From: Octopus vulgaris
Lineage: Eukaryota
DNA: 64,000 nucleotides
NCBI GenBank assembly: GCA_951406725.2
Contig: OX597823.1
Coordinates: 81,716,001 to 81,780,000, forward strand
Direction: 5' to 3'
The translations under genes were made by a program, and so were the position numbers. The notes beneath the pieces were generated by a model. It saw only the letters and a list, made by a program, of their open reading frames with translations. It made no database searches and was not told the DNA's origin. Below, piece by piece: positions 40,226 to 52,429 of this stretch. Positions within the stretch are counted from its first letter, which is position 1; the number at the start of each line of letters is the position of its first letter.

Positions 40226-40456
40226 TAAAAATTATACTAAGGAGCCAGTTGACCCCCTTTCTACCTGTGGCCTCCCTTGGTTCACTCTCTAGACTCATTC
40301 TTATTTTTAAAACATCCAAAATGACGAGATCCCTTTGTCACGAGAATTGATTACTGTACAATGTCCCTTGAAAAGCTAATTTAAATAGCGAAAACCGGTT
40401 GAATTTCATGATATCCATATAATATGTATATATTTATCAAAAGATATTAAACCATA

Positions 40457-40878
40457 TAGGCGCAGGAGTGGCTGTGTGGTAAGTAGCTTGCTAACCAACC
40501 ACATGGTTCCGGGTTCAGTCCCACTGCGTGGTACCTTGGGCAAGTGTCTTCTGCTATAGCCTCGGGCCGACCAAAGCCTTGTGAGTGGATTTGGTAGACG
40601 GAAACTGAAAGAAGCCTGTCGTATATATTTATATATATATATATATGTATGTGTGTTTGTTTGTGTGTCTGTGTTTGTCCCTCTAGCATTGCTTGACAAC
40701 CGATGCTGGTGTGTTTACGTCCCCATCACTTAGCGGTTCGGCAAAAAGAGACCGATAGAATAAGTACTGGGCTTACAAAAAAAAAAGAATAAGTCCCGGG
40801 GTCGAGTTGCTCGACTAAAGGCGGTGCTCCAGCATGGCCGCAGTCAAATGACTGAAACAAGTAAAAGAGTAAAGAGTA
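40457..40878 (+). mobile_element. Intact tRNA-derived CORE-type SINE (family A reference copy)
   Basis: A box tggctgtgtggtaag, B box gggttcagtccc, CORE-like accttgggcaagt, central (TA)/(TG) tract, (gtaaaaga) tail. Confidence 0.9.
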
Positions 40879-40943
40879 TATGAAATGAAGACATTTATCT
40901 TCCACTTTTTATATTTGTTTTCCACATATTTTCAACCTATATA

Positions 40944-40991
<48 letters not shown>

Positions 40992-41038
40992 GGTGCCCCA
41001 GCATGGCCACAGCTCGTGAGCTGAAACTAGATAAAATT

Positions 41039-41071
<33 letters not shown>

Positions 41072-41220
41072 CATGCAAAAGTAAATAAATGGTACAACGA
41101 GGCACCAATATTTACTGGAAAATAGCAATCATAATAAATACGATGCTATTGTATAGCTTCACTGTGTATATACTAGCAAAGATGCGTGTGTGCAACAAAC
41201 ATGAAAAAAATTTGTCTTAC

Positions 41221-41430
41221 CTCTAGGAAGAACAGCTGAAAAATGGAAAACCTAGAATCGGATAATGCAGTACCGGTTTCAGACTCTTCAAATACGTTTG
41301 ACAACGTAGATGTCCTCATCAGCTGCATTTACCTAGACAAAATTTCAAATGTTGCCACATCTATACCAGTACACTCGTCTGAACGCCAAAGCGTTAACAG
41401 AACTATAACAGTGAAGAAGTTTCAATGAAA
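41221..41430 (-). other. Possible first exon in non-repetitive CpG-retaining sequence
   Basis: Strong donor GAG|gtaag at 41221/41220; frame MQLMRTSTLSNVFEESETGTALSDSRFSIFQLFFLE open to the donor; a + strand 61-aa ORF overlaps. Confidence 0.25.
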
Positions 41431-41432
41431 AT

Positions 41433-41480
<48 letters not shown>

Positions 41481-41779
41481 GTCTATCTGTCTGTCTATCG
41501 ATCTATCTATCTATCCATCTTCCATTGTCTTCAAAGCCTCACCCCCCCAAAAACAAAACAAAAACAATGTTCTCTTATAAACAAAATCCCAAAAAAACAT
41601 CTGTTTTATATAAATAAGCAAAATATATGTATATTCACAGAATTGTATTTGAAAAGTTCGAAAGACGAACGAAAGCGTTAATATGAAAATAAAGATATAA
41701 TAATAAAAAGAAAGTTCTTTCCAAAATCCTGACGACTTTTTTTCAATATTCAATTCAGTACATCACACCTAACACTCTA

Positions 41780-42650
41780 CATATATATGTACAAAGTTCA
41801 GAGAGCTTCTACTGTAACAAAGGGCCTCTCTCTCAGAGTGAATGGCAGATTGTATGGTGCCTGTGTATGAAAGCCATGCTACACAGCAGTGAAATATCGT
41901 CTGTGACCTCCAAGGACATGCAAAGGCTTGAAAGAAATGAAGCTAGTATGCTTTGCTGGATGTGCAATGTCTGTGCATGTGCAATGAAGTGTAAGAGTCT
42001 TGAGAGAAAAGTTGGGCATAGGAAGCACCAAATGTGGTGTGGAAGAGAGATGAGTGTGTTGGTATGGTCATGTGGTGCATATGAACGAGGACAGCTGTGT
42101 TAAAAAATGCTGATATTTCACAGTGGATGGAACCTGTGGGTAAGGTAGGCCCAGAAAGACATGTGATGAGGTGGTGAAGCATGATCTTTGAATGTTGGGC
42201 CTCACAGTGGTAATGAGAAGTGAACAAGACCTTTGACAATAATGCAGTGCTTGAGAAGACCCGTCAAACCAAGTGAGATTGTTGTCATAGCTGATGCCAG
42301 TGTTGTGTAACTGGCACACATGCTGGTGGCACATAAAAAGCACCCTTTGAACTTTGGGCCTCACGGAGGCAGTGACGAGACCTTTGGAAATATACTGTGC
42401 TTGAGATTGCAGTTGTGGTCAATGCCGGTGTTTCATAACTGGCACTTGTGCTGGTGGCATGTAAAACGCACCCACTACACTCTTCGAGTAGTTGGCATTA
42501 GGAAGGGCATCCAGCTGTAGAAACCATGAAACCATGCCAAATCAGACTGGAACCTGGTGTAGCTTCACAACTCACCAGTTTTCAGTCGTGCCAACTCATG
42601 CCAGCATGGAAAACAGACATTAAATGATGATGATGATGACGATGATGATG
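41780..42650 (+). mobile_element. 5'-truncated RTE LINE (family C), degraded
   Basis: GLSLRVNGRLYGACV..DMQRLERNEASMLCWMCNV..., 3' UTR and (GAT)n tail. Confidence 0.85.
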
Positions 42651-43168
42651 TATGTATAATATTTTTACGATACATCTCATGGATGCTTCAAGATGCATTG
42701 TCAGTGATGTTTCTTGGGTTTCAGAGTGTCTTGGAGTTTTAATATTTTTTTAAGCCTCATACTTATTCTATTGGTCTCTTTTGCAGAACTACTAAGTTAT
42801 GGTTGTCAAACGATGGTGGGAGGACAAACACAGACACAAATCCACACACACACACACACACACATGTATATATATACTCTACAGGTTTCTTTCAGTTTCT
42901 GTCACCAATTCCACTCACAAGGCTTATCTCTCTCTCTCTATCTATCTAGGTTGTCCACATATGTATGTATGCATGTATGTATGTATGTATGTATGCATTT
43001 AGGTGGGTATCTATGTTTGTACGTGTGCAGTTGTGTGTTTGTGTAAGTGACTTCATATTTCTCCTTGTTTTTGCATGTGTTTATTGTTTGTAAATATATG
43101 CATTGTTATTCGTACAGGCCATATTGCTTGCACTTGCAAACCTCTGCAAAATCTCAAACAGGCTTCTT

Positions 43169-43208
43169 GGACACGTCCTGACATGTCTTGACATGTCTTA
43201 ACAAGTTA
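43169..43208. promoter_or_regulatory. Candidate p53-family response element (four adjacent decamers)
   Basis: GGACACGTCC TGACATGTCT TGACATGTCT TAACAAGTTA versus RRRCWWGYYY, zero spacers. Confidence 0.35.
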
Positions 43209-43733
43209 AGCAACCTTTCTAAAGAAAAGTTACATTCCAGTGTAACCATTTGAATATACCTGTCATTTATTTCCAGTTCTCCATGTAACTATATCCAAGT
43301 TGCACATTATTCAATAGATTTGGAGATTATTGACTTGTTTGGAAACAGGTGAGGGTGAGCAGCAGGAAGAGTGCCCCACCAGCAATGTCCTCTCATCTGA
43401 CCTAAGTAAGCTTGGAGAAGTAGATGTTTAAATGATGATAATGATGATGATGATGATCGTTTAACGTCCGCTTTCCATGCTAACATGGATTGGACGATTT
43501 TGACTGAGGGCTGGCGAACCAGATGGCTGCACCAGGCTCCAATCTTGATCTGGCAGAGTTTCTACAGCTGGATGCCCTTCCTAACGCCAACCACTCCGAG
43601 AGTGTAGTGGGCGCTTTTTACATGCCACTGGCATGGTTTTATGTACATTATTTACATTTGATGGATATATGGCATAGTGGTTAAGAGCGCGGCTTACTAA
43701 CCCCTAGATTCCGAGTTCAATTCCAGGCAGTGA

Positions 43734-43827
<94 letters not shown>

Positions 43828-43834
43828 TAAAAAA

Positions 43835-44280
43835 TAAAATATAAAGATCTTGAAATAGAAATCAGCAAAATGTGGAAGCTGAAGACTAAAACAATACCTG
43901 TTGTCATAGGTGCCCTGGGAATGATAGCAAAAGGGGCTGATAGCTACCTAACTCAGATACCAGGAAACCCAAAAATGGCAGAAGTTCAAAAGATAGTGCT
44001 CATGGGAACTGCTCATATCCTACGCAAAATACTCTCTATGTAATCTCAAGGTTTAAAACAAACATAATTTTCGGTTTAAAAAAAAAAAAAAAAAAAAACC
44101 TTTTTTTTTTTTTTTTTTTTTTTAATTTTTAGACATTCATTAGTACAACATCCCCACCCCCCAAATATATGGCACACTAGGCATAACAACAACATGAACT
44201 TCCAACCCTGTTGTCTCTTGAGGTCTCTGGGTGAGACTTGGAGCCAACTTGTACAAATATAAAGCAAAAGTCAAACATAG
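43835..44280 (+). mobile_element. R4/Dong 3' end inserted in (AAT)n
   Basis: KYKDLEIEISKMWKLKTKTIPVVIGALGMI...VQKIVLMGTAHILRKILSM*; (AAT)n on both sides. Confidence 0.9.
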
Positions 44281-44349
44281 AATAATAATAATAATAATAA
44301 TATCGAAAAATACCTTAGGAATGAGAACCCAGGTTCAAAATTTCCCCAA

Positions 44350-44395
44350 GACACCTGATGAAGTCTGGAGGGTATATCAGTCGAAACGTTGTGTT
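44350..44395 (+). ncRNA. Minimal type I hammerhead ribozyme
   Basis: Stem I GACAC/GTGTT; CTGATGA (44355-44361); stem II GTCTG/CAGTC (4 of 5 pairs); GAAA-CG-TT with palindromic ACGT stem III. Confidence 0.75.
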
Positions 44396-46374
44396 AGCAA
44401 CAAACAAGATGATGTTAACATTTATTCACACATTTTCTACAAAACACATTTTGCACTGCATTATCTTATTCAAATTCTTACATGTTATGTCCATTATTGC
44501 ACTAAATTTTCATAGATCCAACTTTCACATTGCATATATTTTATCAAATTACCCTATCCACCTGCTGTTAATCTTTAATGTTATGCTATTTAAAATATTA
44601 TCAACCTAAACAAAACTTCTTATCTATTTAGTAAAGCAGTTAGTATAATTTTGAACTATTTTATTCAATTTATTTTAAGTCTCATGATTCTTTTAAGCAA
44701 ACTAATAAACAGAATCATAAAACTACTACTTAAAGATATCCTATATGTTTTCCATTCTTTTAAAACCATTTGCCTGAATATGTATGTATGTATATATATA
44801 TGTATGTAAGTATGTATGTATGTATGTATGTATGTATGTATGTATGTATGTATGTATGTATGTATGTATGAATGTATGTATGTATGTATGTATGTATATC
44901 ATTATTCAGTTTATTTCATCTTGCCAATAGGAAAGAACCGATTTCAAACTTAGATCCAAGGTTCCTTCACTGGAATTTCAACATCAGCAACACAGTATTT
45001 TTGTATGTATGTATATAAGTATGTATGTATGTATGTATGTATGTATGTATGTATGTATGTATGTATATTCCCTTTTGTTTTTAATTATTTAAATTCTTCC
45101 TTTCAAGAAGCTCCATCTTTGAAATGTAGATAACCCAAACAATGTCACATTTTAAACCTGAGAAAATTCTTGCATACTTCTACTGTTCTGCTTACAAATT
45201 TTATTTGTAATGTGTGAATCAGTTGGTTGAATTCTTTTTCTGAAAATCCAAACTTATCTAGACAGACAGGCATTTACTTGTATGTATGTATGTATGTATG
45301 TATGTATGTATGTATGTATGTATGTATGTATGTATGTAGGCATGCATGCATGCATGTATTTATGTATGTATGTATGTATGTATGTATGCATGCATGTATG
45401 TATGTATGTATGTATGCATGTATGTATGTATGTATGTATGTACGTAGGTATGTAAGTATGTATGTGTGTATGTATGTATGTATGTATGTATGTGTGTGTG
45501 TGTGTATACATATATGTGTGTGTGTGCATGTGTGTGCACATGGGTGTGCGTCTGTGCGTCTGTGTGTATGTGTGTATGTGTATGCGTGTACTAGTATAAT
45601 TTCAGTGATTTCAACAGTGGGAAGTGTATTTTATCTATAGTTTTACCTTAGTAAGTTGGATGGATGAAGCTAACCACATACCTTCTTCAGTAGGAAGCCA
45701 TTTTGTAAGATAACTTTGCAAAATATTACGAGTTTTTTCTTACATAAAACTTCATTGTTGGTCTCATCTTTCTTATTCCATCCACAATTAACATGTTATA
45801 TATTTTATATCACATAAAATAAAATTAATAATATCCATTTATATTGATATAAATTCCATTATGTAGACGTATTGTGAAAGTTATATATGTAATGAAAACT
45901 TATTTTATATTAACATTAATGGGTATAAATTTGTGTTCTAATTAATATTTTATTAAATATTTATTGAAATAAAAATTGTGCAGACATCATTTCAAAACAA
46001 AAACAGACTTTCCAGCTTAATATTTCAGCTTTTTTTACAAATTACTAAAATTAAATTCATTTGAAATATAAAAAAAATTATATATATATATATTGAATTA
46101 AGCAAATTAATTGAAAAATTCTTTTTATACCATGCCAAAATATCTAAACATTAAGTCAGTGTGGTTAAGAGGTTTATTTCCCAACCACATGGTTTTGAGT
46201 TCAGTTCCATTGTGTGACGTCTTGGATAAGTATGTTTTGCTTTAGTCCTAGGTGGACCAAAGCTTTACAAATGAATTTGAGTGACAGAAACTGTAAAAGT
46301 GTGTCATGTACATACATACTTACATACATATTTAAATACATACATACATACATACATACATATATTTAATTTTT

Positions 46375-46730
46375 TTTTCGTAATGCGATAAAAAACCAAG
46401 GCTGTGTAAATTTTAGAACATTTATAGATAGAAGGTCTTACAGCTGTTTCCAAGGATATTTATTATATCCCTTCATTGGAGACAGTGTGAGAAGATGGTT
46501 AAGAAATAGTTAATTAAGATAAGATATAAAATAGAGAGTGAGGTAGAGGAAATAAAAGAAAATAGGTGTGAGATATGTAGGGATATTGCATTTGTAGATC
46601 TATTTTTTTAGGCAGAATGGTATACATATAGTATTTCAGTACCTTATCAGTAAAATCCAATAGTAATTAAAATTGGTCATTCCAAGTACAGAGTATATAC
46701 ACGGTGTTATTGAATCAAGGGTTTTATTTA
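46375..46730 (-). mobile_element. Family F element, second copy, hammerhead core mutated
   Basis: Minus: GTCT-CCAATGA-AGGGATAT-aataa-ATATCCTT-g-GAAA-CAGCTG-TA-AGAC. Confidence 0.75.
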
Positions 46731-47255
46731 AAGTGACCTAAAAATAGGGAGTGTACTAGTAAGGTCAAATCGAAAACAGGAAGAGAAGAATGAAGAAAGA
46801 GAACAAAAGACAAAAAGAGACAATAAGGAGAAAGTAAGAAGAAAAATAAGAAGAAATATATATATATATATATATATGGCTCAGTGGTTAGAACATCAAG
46901 ATCATAATTATGAGGTATTGAGTTTGATTCCCAGACCGGACTGTGTGTTGTGTTCTTGAGCAAGACACTTTATTTCACGTTGCTCCAGTTAACTCAGCTG
47001 TAGAAATGAGCTACGTCACTGGTGCCAAGCTGTATCAGCCTTTGCCTTGCCTTGGACAACATCAGTGGCGTGGAGAGGGGAGGCTAGTATGCATGGGCTT
47101 CCATAAACATGTATGTATGTGGTTTTGGAACTCAGTTGTTCTTTCTAGTGTGATGAATCCCACAAGTGGATTCCTTATGTGTTTAAATGTACACTGTATT
47201 TTATGATTAATACTAAATTTTGGACTAAATTTTTACTTGCTAGGCCATACACATA

Positions 47256-47355
47256 CAGGGGTTGGACAAAATAATGGAAACACCTTAAAATTTCAAACAA
47301 ATTTATTTTAATATGGGGTAGGTCTGCCTTTGGCAGTAATTACAGCTTGAATTCT
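47256..47355 (-). mobile_element. Tc1 terminal fragment
   Basis: TA|CAGGGGTTGGACAAAATAATGGAAACAC, homologous to 48808. Confidence 0.75.
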
Positions 47356-47809
47356 TTGTTCATTTCCATTGCATAGCACCTTGGACATGAGTCTTTCACT
47401 CAAGTCCCAAGTAGACTAAAGCCTTGAGAATGGATTTGGTAGACAAAAACTGAAAAAGCCTGTTGTGCATATATATTGATGAATGTGTGTATGTGTGTAT
47501 GTGTGCATGCGTGTGTGTGTGTGTGTGTGTGAGTTGTGTGCATTTGTGTTTCCTTTACTTGACATCATGTAATAGTTGTGAGTGTCATATTATGCAAGTA
47601 ATTTCATTCATTATCCAATATTTTGTAGAAAGATGTGACTGACCATGGGGAAAAAATAACTTGCTTGGAAACAGATGAGGGTTGGTGACAGGAAGGGCAT
47701 CTGGTCATAGAATATCTATCTCTATAAACTCCATCCAACCCTTGCAAGTATGGAAAAGCAAACATTAAAATGATGATGATGGTGATGACACATGCACACA
47801 CATATACAG

Positions 47810-48147
47810 TGAAGTCACATGGCTTAGTGGTTAAGGTATTTAGCATATGATCGCAAGGTTGTGAGTTCAATTCCTGGTGATGCATTGTGCCCTTGAGTAA
47901 GATACTTTATTTCATATTGCTTCAGGCCACTCAGTTGGCAAAAATGTGTAGTGTAGTACCTGTATTTCAAGGGGCCTAACTTGTTACACTCTGAATCTAC
48001 CGACGCACTGATCCTAACTGAGAACTACGTTAAGGGTGCACATGTCTGTGGAGTGCTCAGCCACTTGCACATTAATTCCACAAGCAGGCTGTTCTATTAA
48101 TCAGATCAACTAGAACCCTCATCGTCATAACTGATGGAATGCCAGTA
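47810..48147 (+). mobile_element. tRNA-derived SINE, further family
   Basis: tggcttagtggttaag A box, gagttcaattcc B box, cccttgagtaaga CORE/V-like segment; related heads at 46877 (+) and 63620-63880 (-). Confidence 0.7.
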
Positions 48148-48360
48148 CGTACATACAAACCATACATACAATCAAAGCTGTGTATACAAGCATACCTCAA
48201 CTTATGCCAGTAATTATTTCCAAGACATGTCACTCATCTTGAAAAACAATATAAGATGAACATTTAAAAAATTTATTAGTTTATTTCTGTTTTAATAAAT
48301 TATTTGTACATACTTTCACATGTATTTCATTTGATTTTCCATTTCAATATTGATTTTTAG

Positions 48361-48437
48361 GTTTTCTTTCAAAGTCTATGAATTTAAATATGCTCACTGA
48401 GGCTGTTGCAAAACTGGATAAATCAACTGAAGTTGAA
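48361..48437 (+). CDS. Possible internal exon (FLSKSMNLNMLTEAVAKLDKSTEVE)
   Basis: gatttttag acceptor, open frame ending phase 0 (compatible with the exon at 51377); donor weak. Confidence 0.25.
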
Positions 48438-48507
48438 GTTTATTTTTCCCATTAATTTATTGAAAAAAATGATGTAAAGTCAAAACAGATGTAGTTTGAA
48501 ATGTTTG

Positions 48508-48634
<127 letters not shown>

Positions 48635-48665
48635 ATATATATATATATATTATATATATATATAC

Positions 48666-48700
<35 letters not shown>

Positions 48701-48775
48701 CTCACATATATATGTATATATATGTATGTACCCAATGAAGTCTATTACACATGCCATCTCCTATTTCATTAATAC

Positions 48776-48806
<31 letters not shown>

Positions 48807-48807
48807 A

Positions 48808-49250
48808 CAGGGATTGGACAAAATAATGGAAACACTATAAAATTTCAAACAAATTTTTTTATAATGTGGGGTAGGACTGCTTTTGGCAGTAATTACAGCT
48901 TGAATTCTATGAGGTATGGACTCATACAAAGTTTGAATTGTTTCCAAAGGAATTTTCATCCATTCTTCAGGTAAAACAGTCTCTATCTGAAATTTTTGCT
49001 TTTCTTCCGGAGTTTTGTTTTGATGAAGAATTTTTTCCCTCTTTCTCAAAGGCTGTCATTACTTTCAAGACTACTTCTTGATACACAAACCATTTAGGTT
49101 GTTTTTGTTATGCTAGCGTCTGCCATATGCGCACCAACAATTTGACCTCTTTGAAAATCCAGTAGATCTGTAATTTTAATGAATTTTAATTACCTTTTTC
49201 TGATGATATTAAGCAACACTAATAATAAGTCAAAAAACAAAATAAACAAG
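48808..49250 (-). mobile_element. Internally deleted Tc1 element
   Basis: N-terminal LLDFQRGQIVGAHMA joined to C-terminal EEWMKIPLETIQTLYESIPHRIQAVITAK; TIR plus TA at 48806-48835. Confidence 0.85.
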
Positions 49251-49742
49251 TTCTGTGAGGCCCAACGTGCGAAAGGTGCTTTTTATGTGCTACCAGCATG
49301 GGTGCCATTTATGTGACACCGACAACGGCCATGACTATGATTTCTCTTGGCTTGACAGATCTTCTCAAGCATGGCATATCACCAAAGGTCTTGGTCACTA
49401 GTCATTGCCTCTGTGAATATATATGTATATATATATACATATATACATATACATATGTGTTTATCTGAACGTGGCCGATGTCAGCGCCGCCTTGACTGGC
49501 GTCCAAGCTGGTGGCACATAAAAAGCACCAACCGATCGTGGACATTGCCAGCCTCCTCTGGCCCCTGTGCCAGTGGTACTTAAAAAGCACCCACTACACT
49601 CATGGAGTGGTTGGCGTTAGGAAGGGCTAGATCAGACTGGAGCCTGGTGCAGCCTCCTGGCTTCCCAGACCCCGGTCGAACCATCCAACCCATGCTATCA
49701 AGGAAAATGGACGTTAGATGATGATGATGATGATGATGATGA

Positions 49743-50884
49743 CAAGGGTGGGCTGAAAAGTTCATAGGCTGACTAAGAAGGGGTTACCATACAGTAACTA
49801 AACTTGGCATGCATTAAATTCAACGTTTACTGATGCTAACTGCATTTTTTCTTTCTAGATAAACTCACATTGGATAGAAATTTGAGGACTTGGAGAAGAG
49901 GTGCTAGAGACATTTCATGAAAATGTGTAAAATTTGGCACCGTGGTGTTGTCAAATATCTTCAGAAAATGGGGTCAGTCCCACTGGAACATTCATGCTGA
50001 CATGGTTGCTACTTTAGAGGATGATGCTCCAACTTTATCAACTGTGCAAAAGGGAGCAGCTATAGGCATAACATAGGCATAACATTCTACATAACGAACT
50101 TGGCATGTTGAAGGTTTCCGCTCAGTGGGTGCCATGACTTTTGATGCCTGATCAAAAGCACACCAGGCTGGTCATGTCACAGGAAAACTTGGCACTCTTT
50201 GAACAAAGCTAATTGGTTTTATTGAACATTTCCTCACCCAAGATGAATGTTGAGTTCACCACTTTGGGCCAGAGACCAAACAGCAGTTCATGCTGTGGAA
50301 ACATCTTTCTTCTTCCCTACAAAAGAAGGCCAAGGTGGTGTCATCAGCCGGAATGTTAAGGCCGCCATCTTCTGAAAGACAAAGGGCATTGTGTTCATCG
50401 ACTACCTTCAGAAAGGCCATACTATCAGTGGTGAATTATGCCAACTTTGTGACGCAAGTGTGAAAGATAATCAAATCAAAATGGCCTGGAAAACCGACAA
50501 AGGGATCCTGCTTCACCAGTACAATGCTCCTGCACACAAGTCTGTGGTTGCAAAGGCTGTTGCACATGACTGTAGCTCTGAACTGGTTGATCCCCTTCCA
50601 TATTCTCCAGATTTGGCACCATCCGACTGTTTTTTTTTGTTTCCCAACATGAAAAAACACTTGGTTGGGAAGCAGTTTTGGATGGATGACGAAGTCATAT
50701 CTGTTGCTGAGGACTTTCTTGAGGGTTAGGATGAGAGGTTCTTCACCACAGGAACCCAAGTGCTGCAACACTGATGGAAGAAGTGTATGGACTACGCAGG
50801 AGACTATGTCAAAAAATAAAACACATTTGGTCAAATTTAACCATTGCCTTGTGGTTAGCCTATAAACTTTTCAGCCCACCCTTC
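49743..50884 (+). mobile_element. Decayed mariner element with both TIRs
   Basis: TIR caagggtgggctgaaaagttcataggctgac / gttagcctataaacttttcagcccacccttc|TA; motifs WVP, TQDE, IDYLQKGHTI, NAPAHKS, PYSPDLAPSD. Confidence 0.92.
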
Positions 50885-51121
50885 TATATATGTTTATATA
50901 AATGCAAATACATACATACATACATACATACATACATACATACATACATACAAACATGCATGCACTCATACATAGATACATACATACATACATGCATGCA
51001 TACATACATGCATACATACATGCATTCATGCATGCATAAATACATACATAAATACATACATTCATATATATATATGTGTGTGTGTGTATAACTATCTATC
51101 TGTTTCTGTATGTATGTGTGC

Positions 51122-51161
<40 letters not shown>

Positions 51162-51182
51162 ATATATATATATATATATATG

Positions 51183-51223
<41 letters not shown>

Positions 51224-51376
51224 GTATGTATGTGTTGTATAATAAGCCATAATATTAAAGATATGTGCATTTGTTTTACACATAAAAACAAAATCTCTCT
51301 TTATATTATATTGCCTGGAAAATGTTAGTAAATTTAATGTTCTTTTAACAAAAGTTTTTCTTTTTCTAAATTCCAG

Positions 51377-51478
51377 TGTTTTCCTACAAGACGTCGTTGG
51401 CTGCTTATTGGAATAATCATCATCTTGGCATTGTCAGCTTTGGTCTTAGGAATCTGTTCATCGGATAAATCTTGCTAA
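51377..51478 (+). CDS. Probable terminal coding exon of a tail-anchored membrane protein
   Basis: tttttctttttctaaattccag acceptor; CFPTRRRWLLIGIIIILALSALVLGICSSDKSC*; AT-rich downstream region with AATAAA at 51805. Confidence 0.6.
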   Translation, partial: CFPTRRRWLLIGIIIILALSALVLGICSSDKSC

Positions 51479-51909
51479 GAATATTTTCAGTGCCTTTGGA
51501 TATTTATGATGTGACAAAAATGTCAGTGTGCAAAGAAATTATTCATTTTTAAATACCATAATTATCAAAGACAGAATCTGGAATTGTTTTAGATATTAAC
51601 CAAAGAATTTTTGATTAATTGTCATAACATGATTGCTTATAATTGAAATTGAATGGTATTTAAAATATTGAAAAATAATATTTTGTAAAAGTTATGTTGT
51701 TATGTTCAATAACGTCTGCATCGTTCTGGTGAGATGAGTTATGGCATTCAATTATGCATGCATTTATCTAAACACCATATGCTGGACAAAGCTGTCTTTT
51801 CCATAATAAATATAAATCTGATATCAAAACAGTGATGAATATATATATATATATATATACAGACATATATATACATATATATACATACATACATACGTAC
51901 ATACATACA

Positions 51910-51944
<35 letters not shown>

Positions 51945-52107
51945 GTATATATATATATGTATGTATATATATATATGTGTATATATATGTATATATATAT
52001 ATATATGTATATATATGTATATATATATATATGTATGTATGTATGTATGAACACACACACACAAGGATAAATATATAGATTTATACATATATATATTTTA
52101 AATATAT

Positions 52108-52154
<47 letters not shown>

Positions 52155-52356
52155 TATATATATATATATATATATGCATACATATAAATAGATTTACATA
52201 AATAGATATGCATTTATAAGCATATATATATATATAATATTATATATATATATATATATCTGTAAATACATATGTTTATATGTAATTGTAATACACATAT
52301 ATGTATATATATTTATGCGTATATATATATATATATATGTATACATACACACACCC

Positions 52357-52429
<73 letters not shown>

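Larger units (their letters stand above)
43668..44412 (+). mobile_element. tRNA-headed SINE-like element with a 3' hammerhead, split by a Dong insertion
   Basis: A box TGGCATAGTGGTTAAG (43670), B box GAGTTCAATTCC (43713), (AAT)n, then hammerhead at 44350-44395. Confidence 0.65.

Noticed and set aside
43668-43735. Functional tRNA gene
   Set aside because: Acceptor and T stems pair poorly, there is no terminator, and it runs into (AAT)n; it is a SINE-type head.
44076-44122. A-run/T-run hairpin resembling a terminator
   Set aside because: Homopolymer expansion in a Dong 3' UTR; intrinsic terminators do not apply here.
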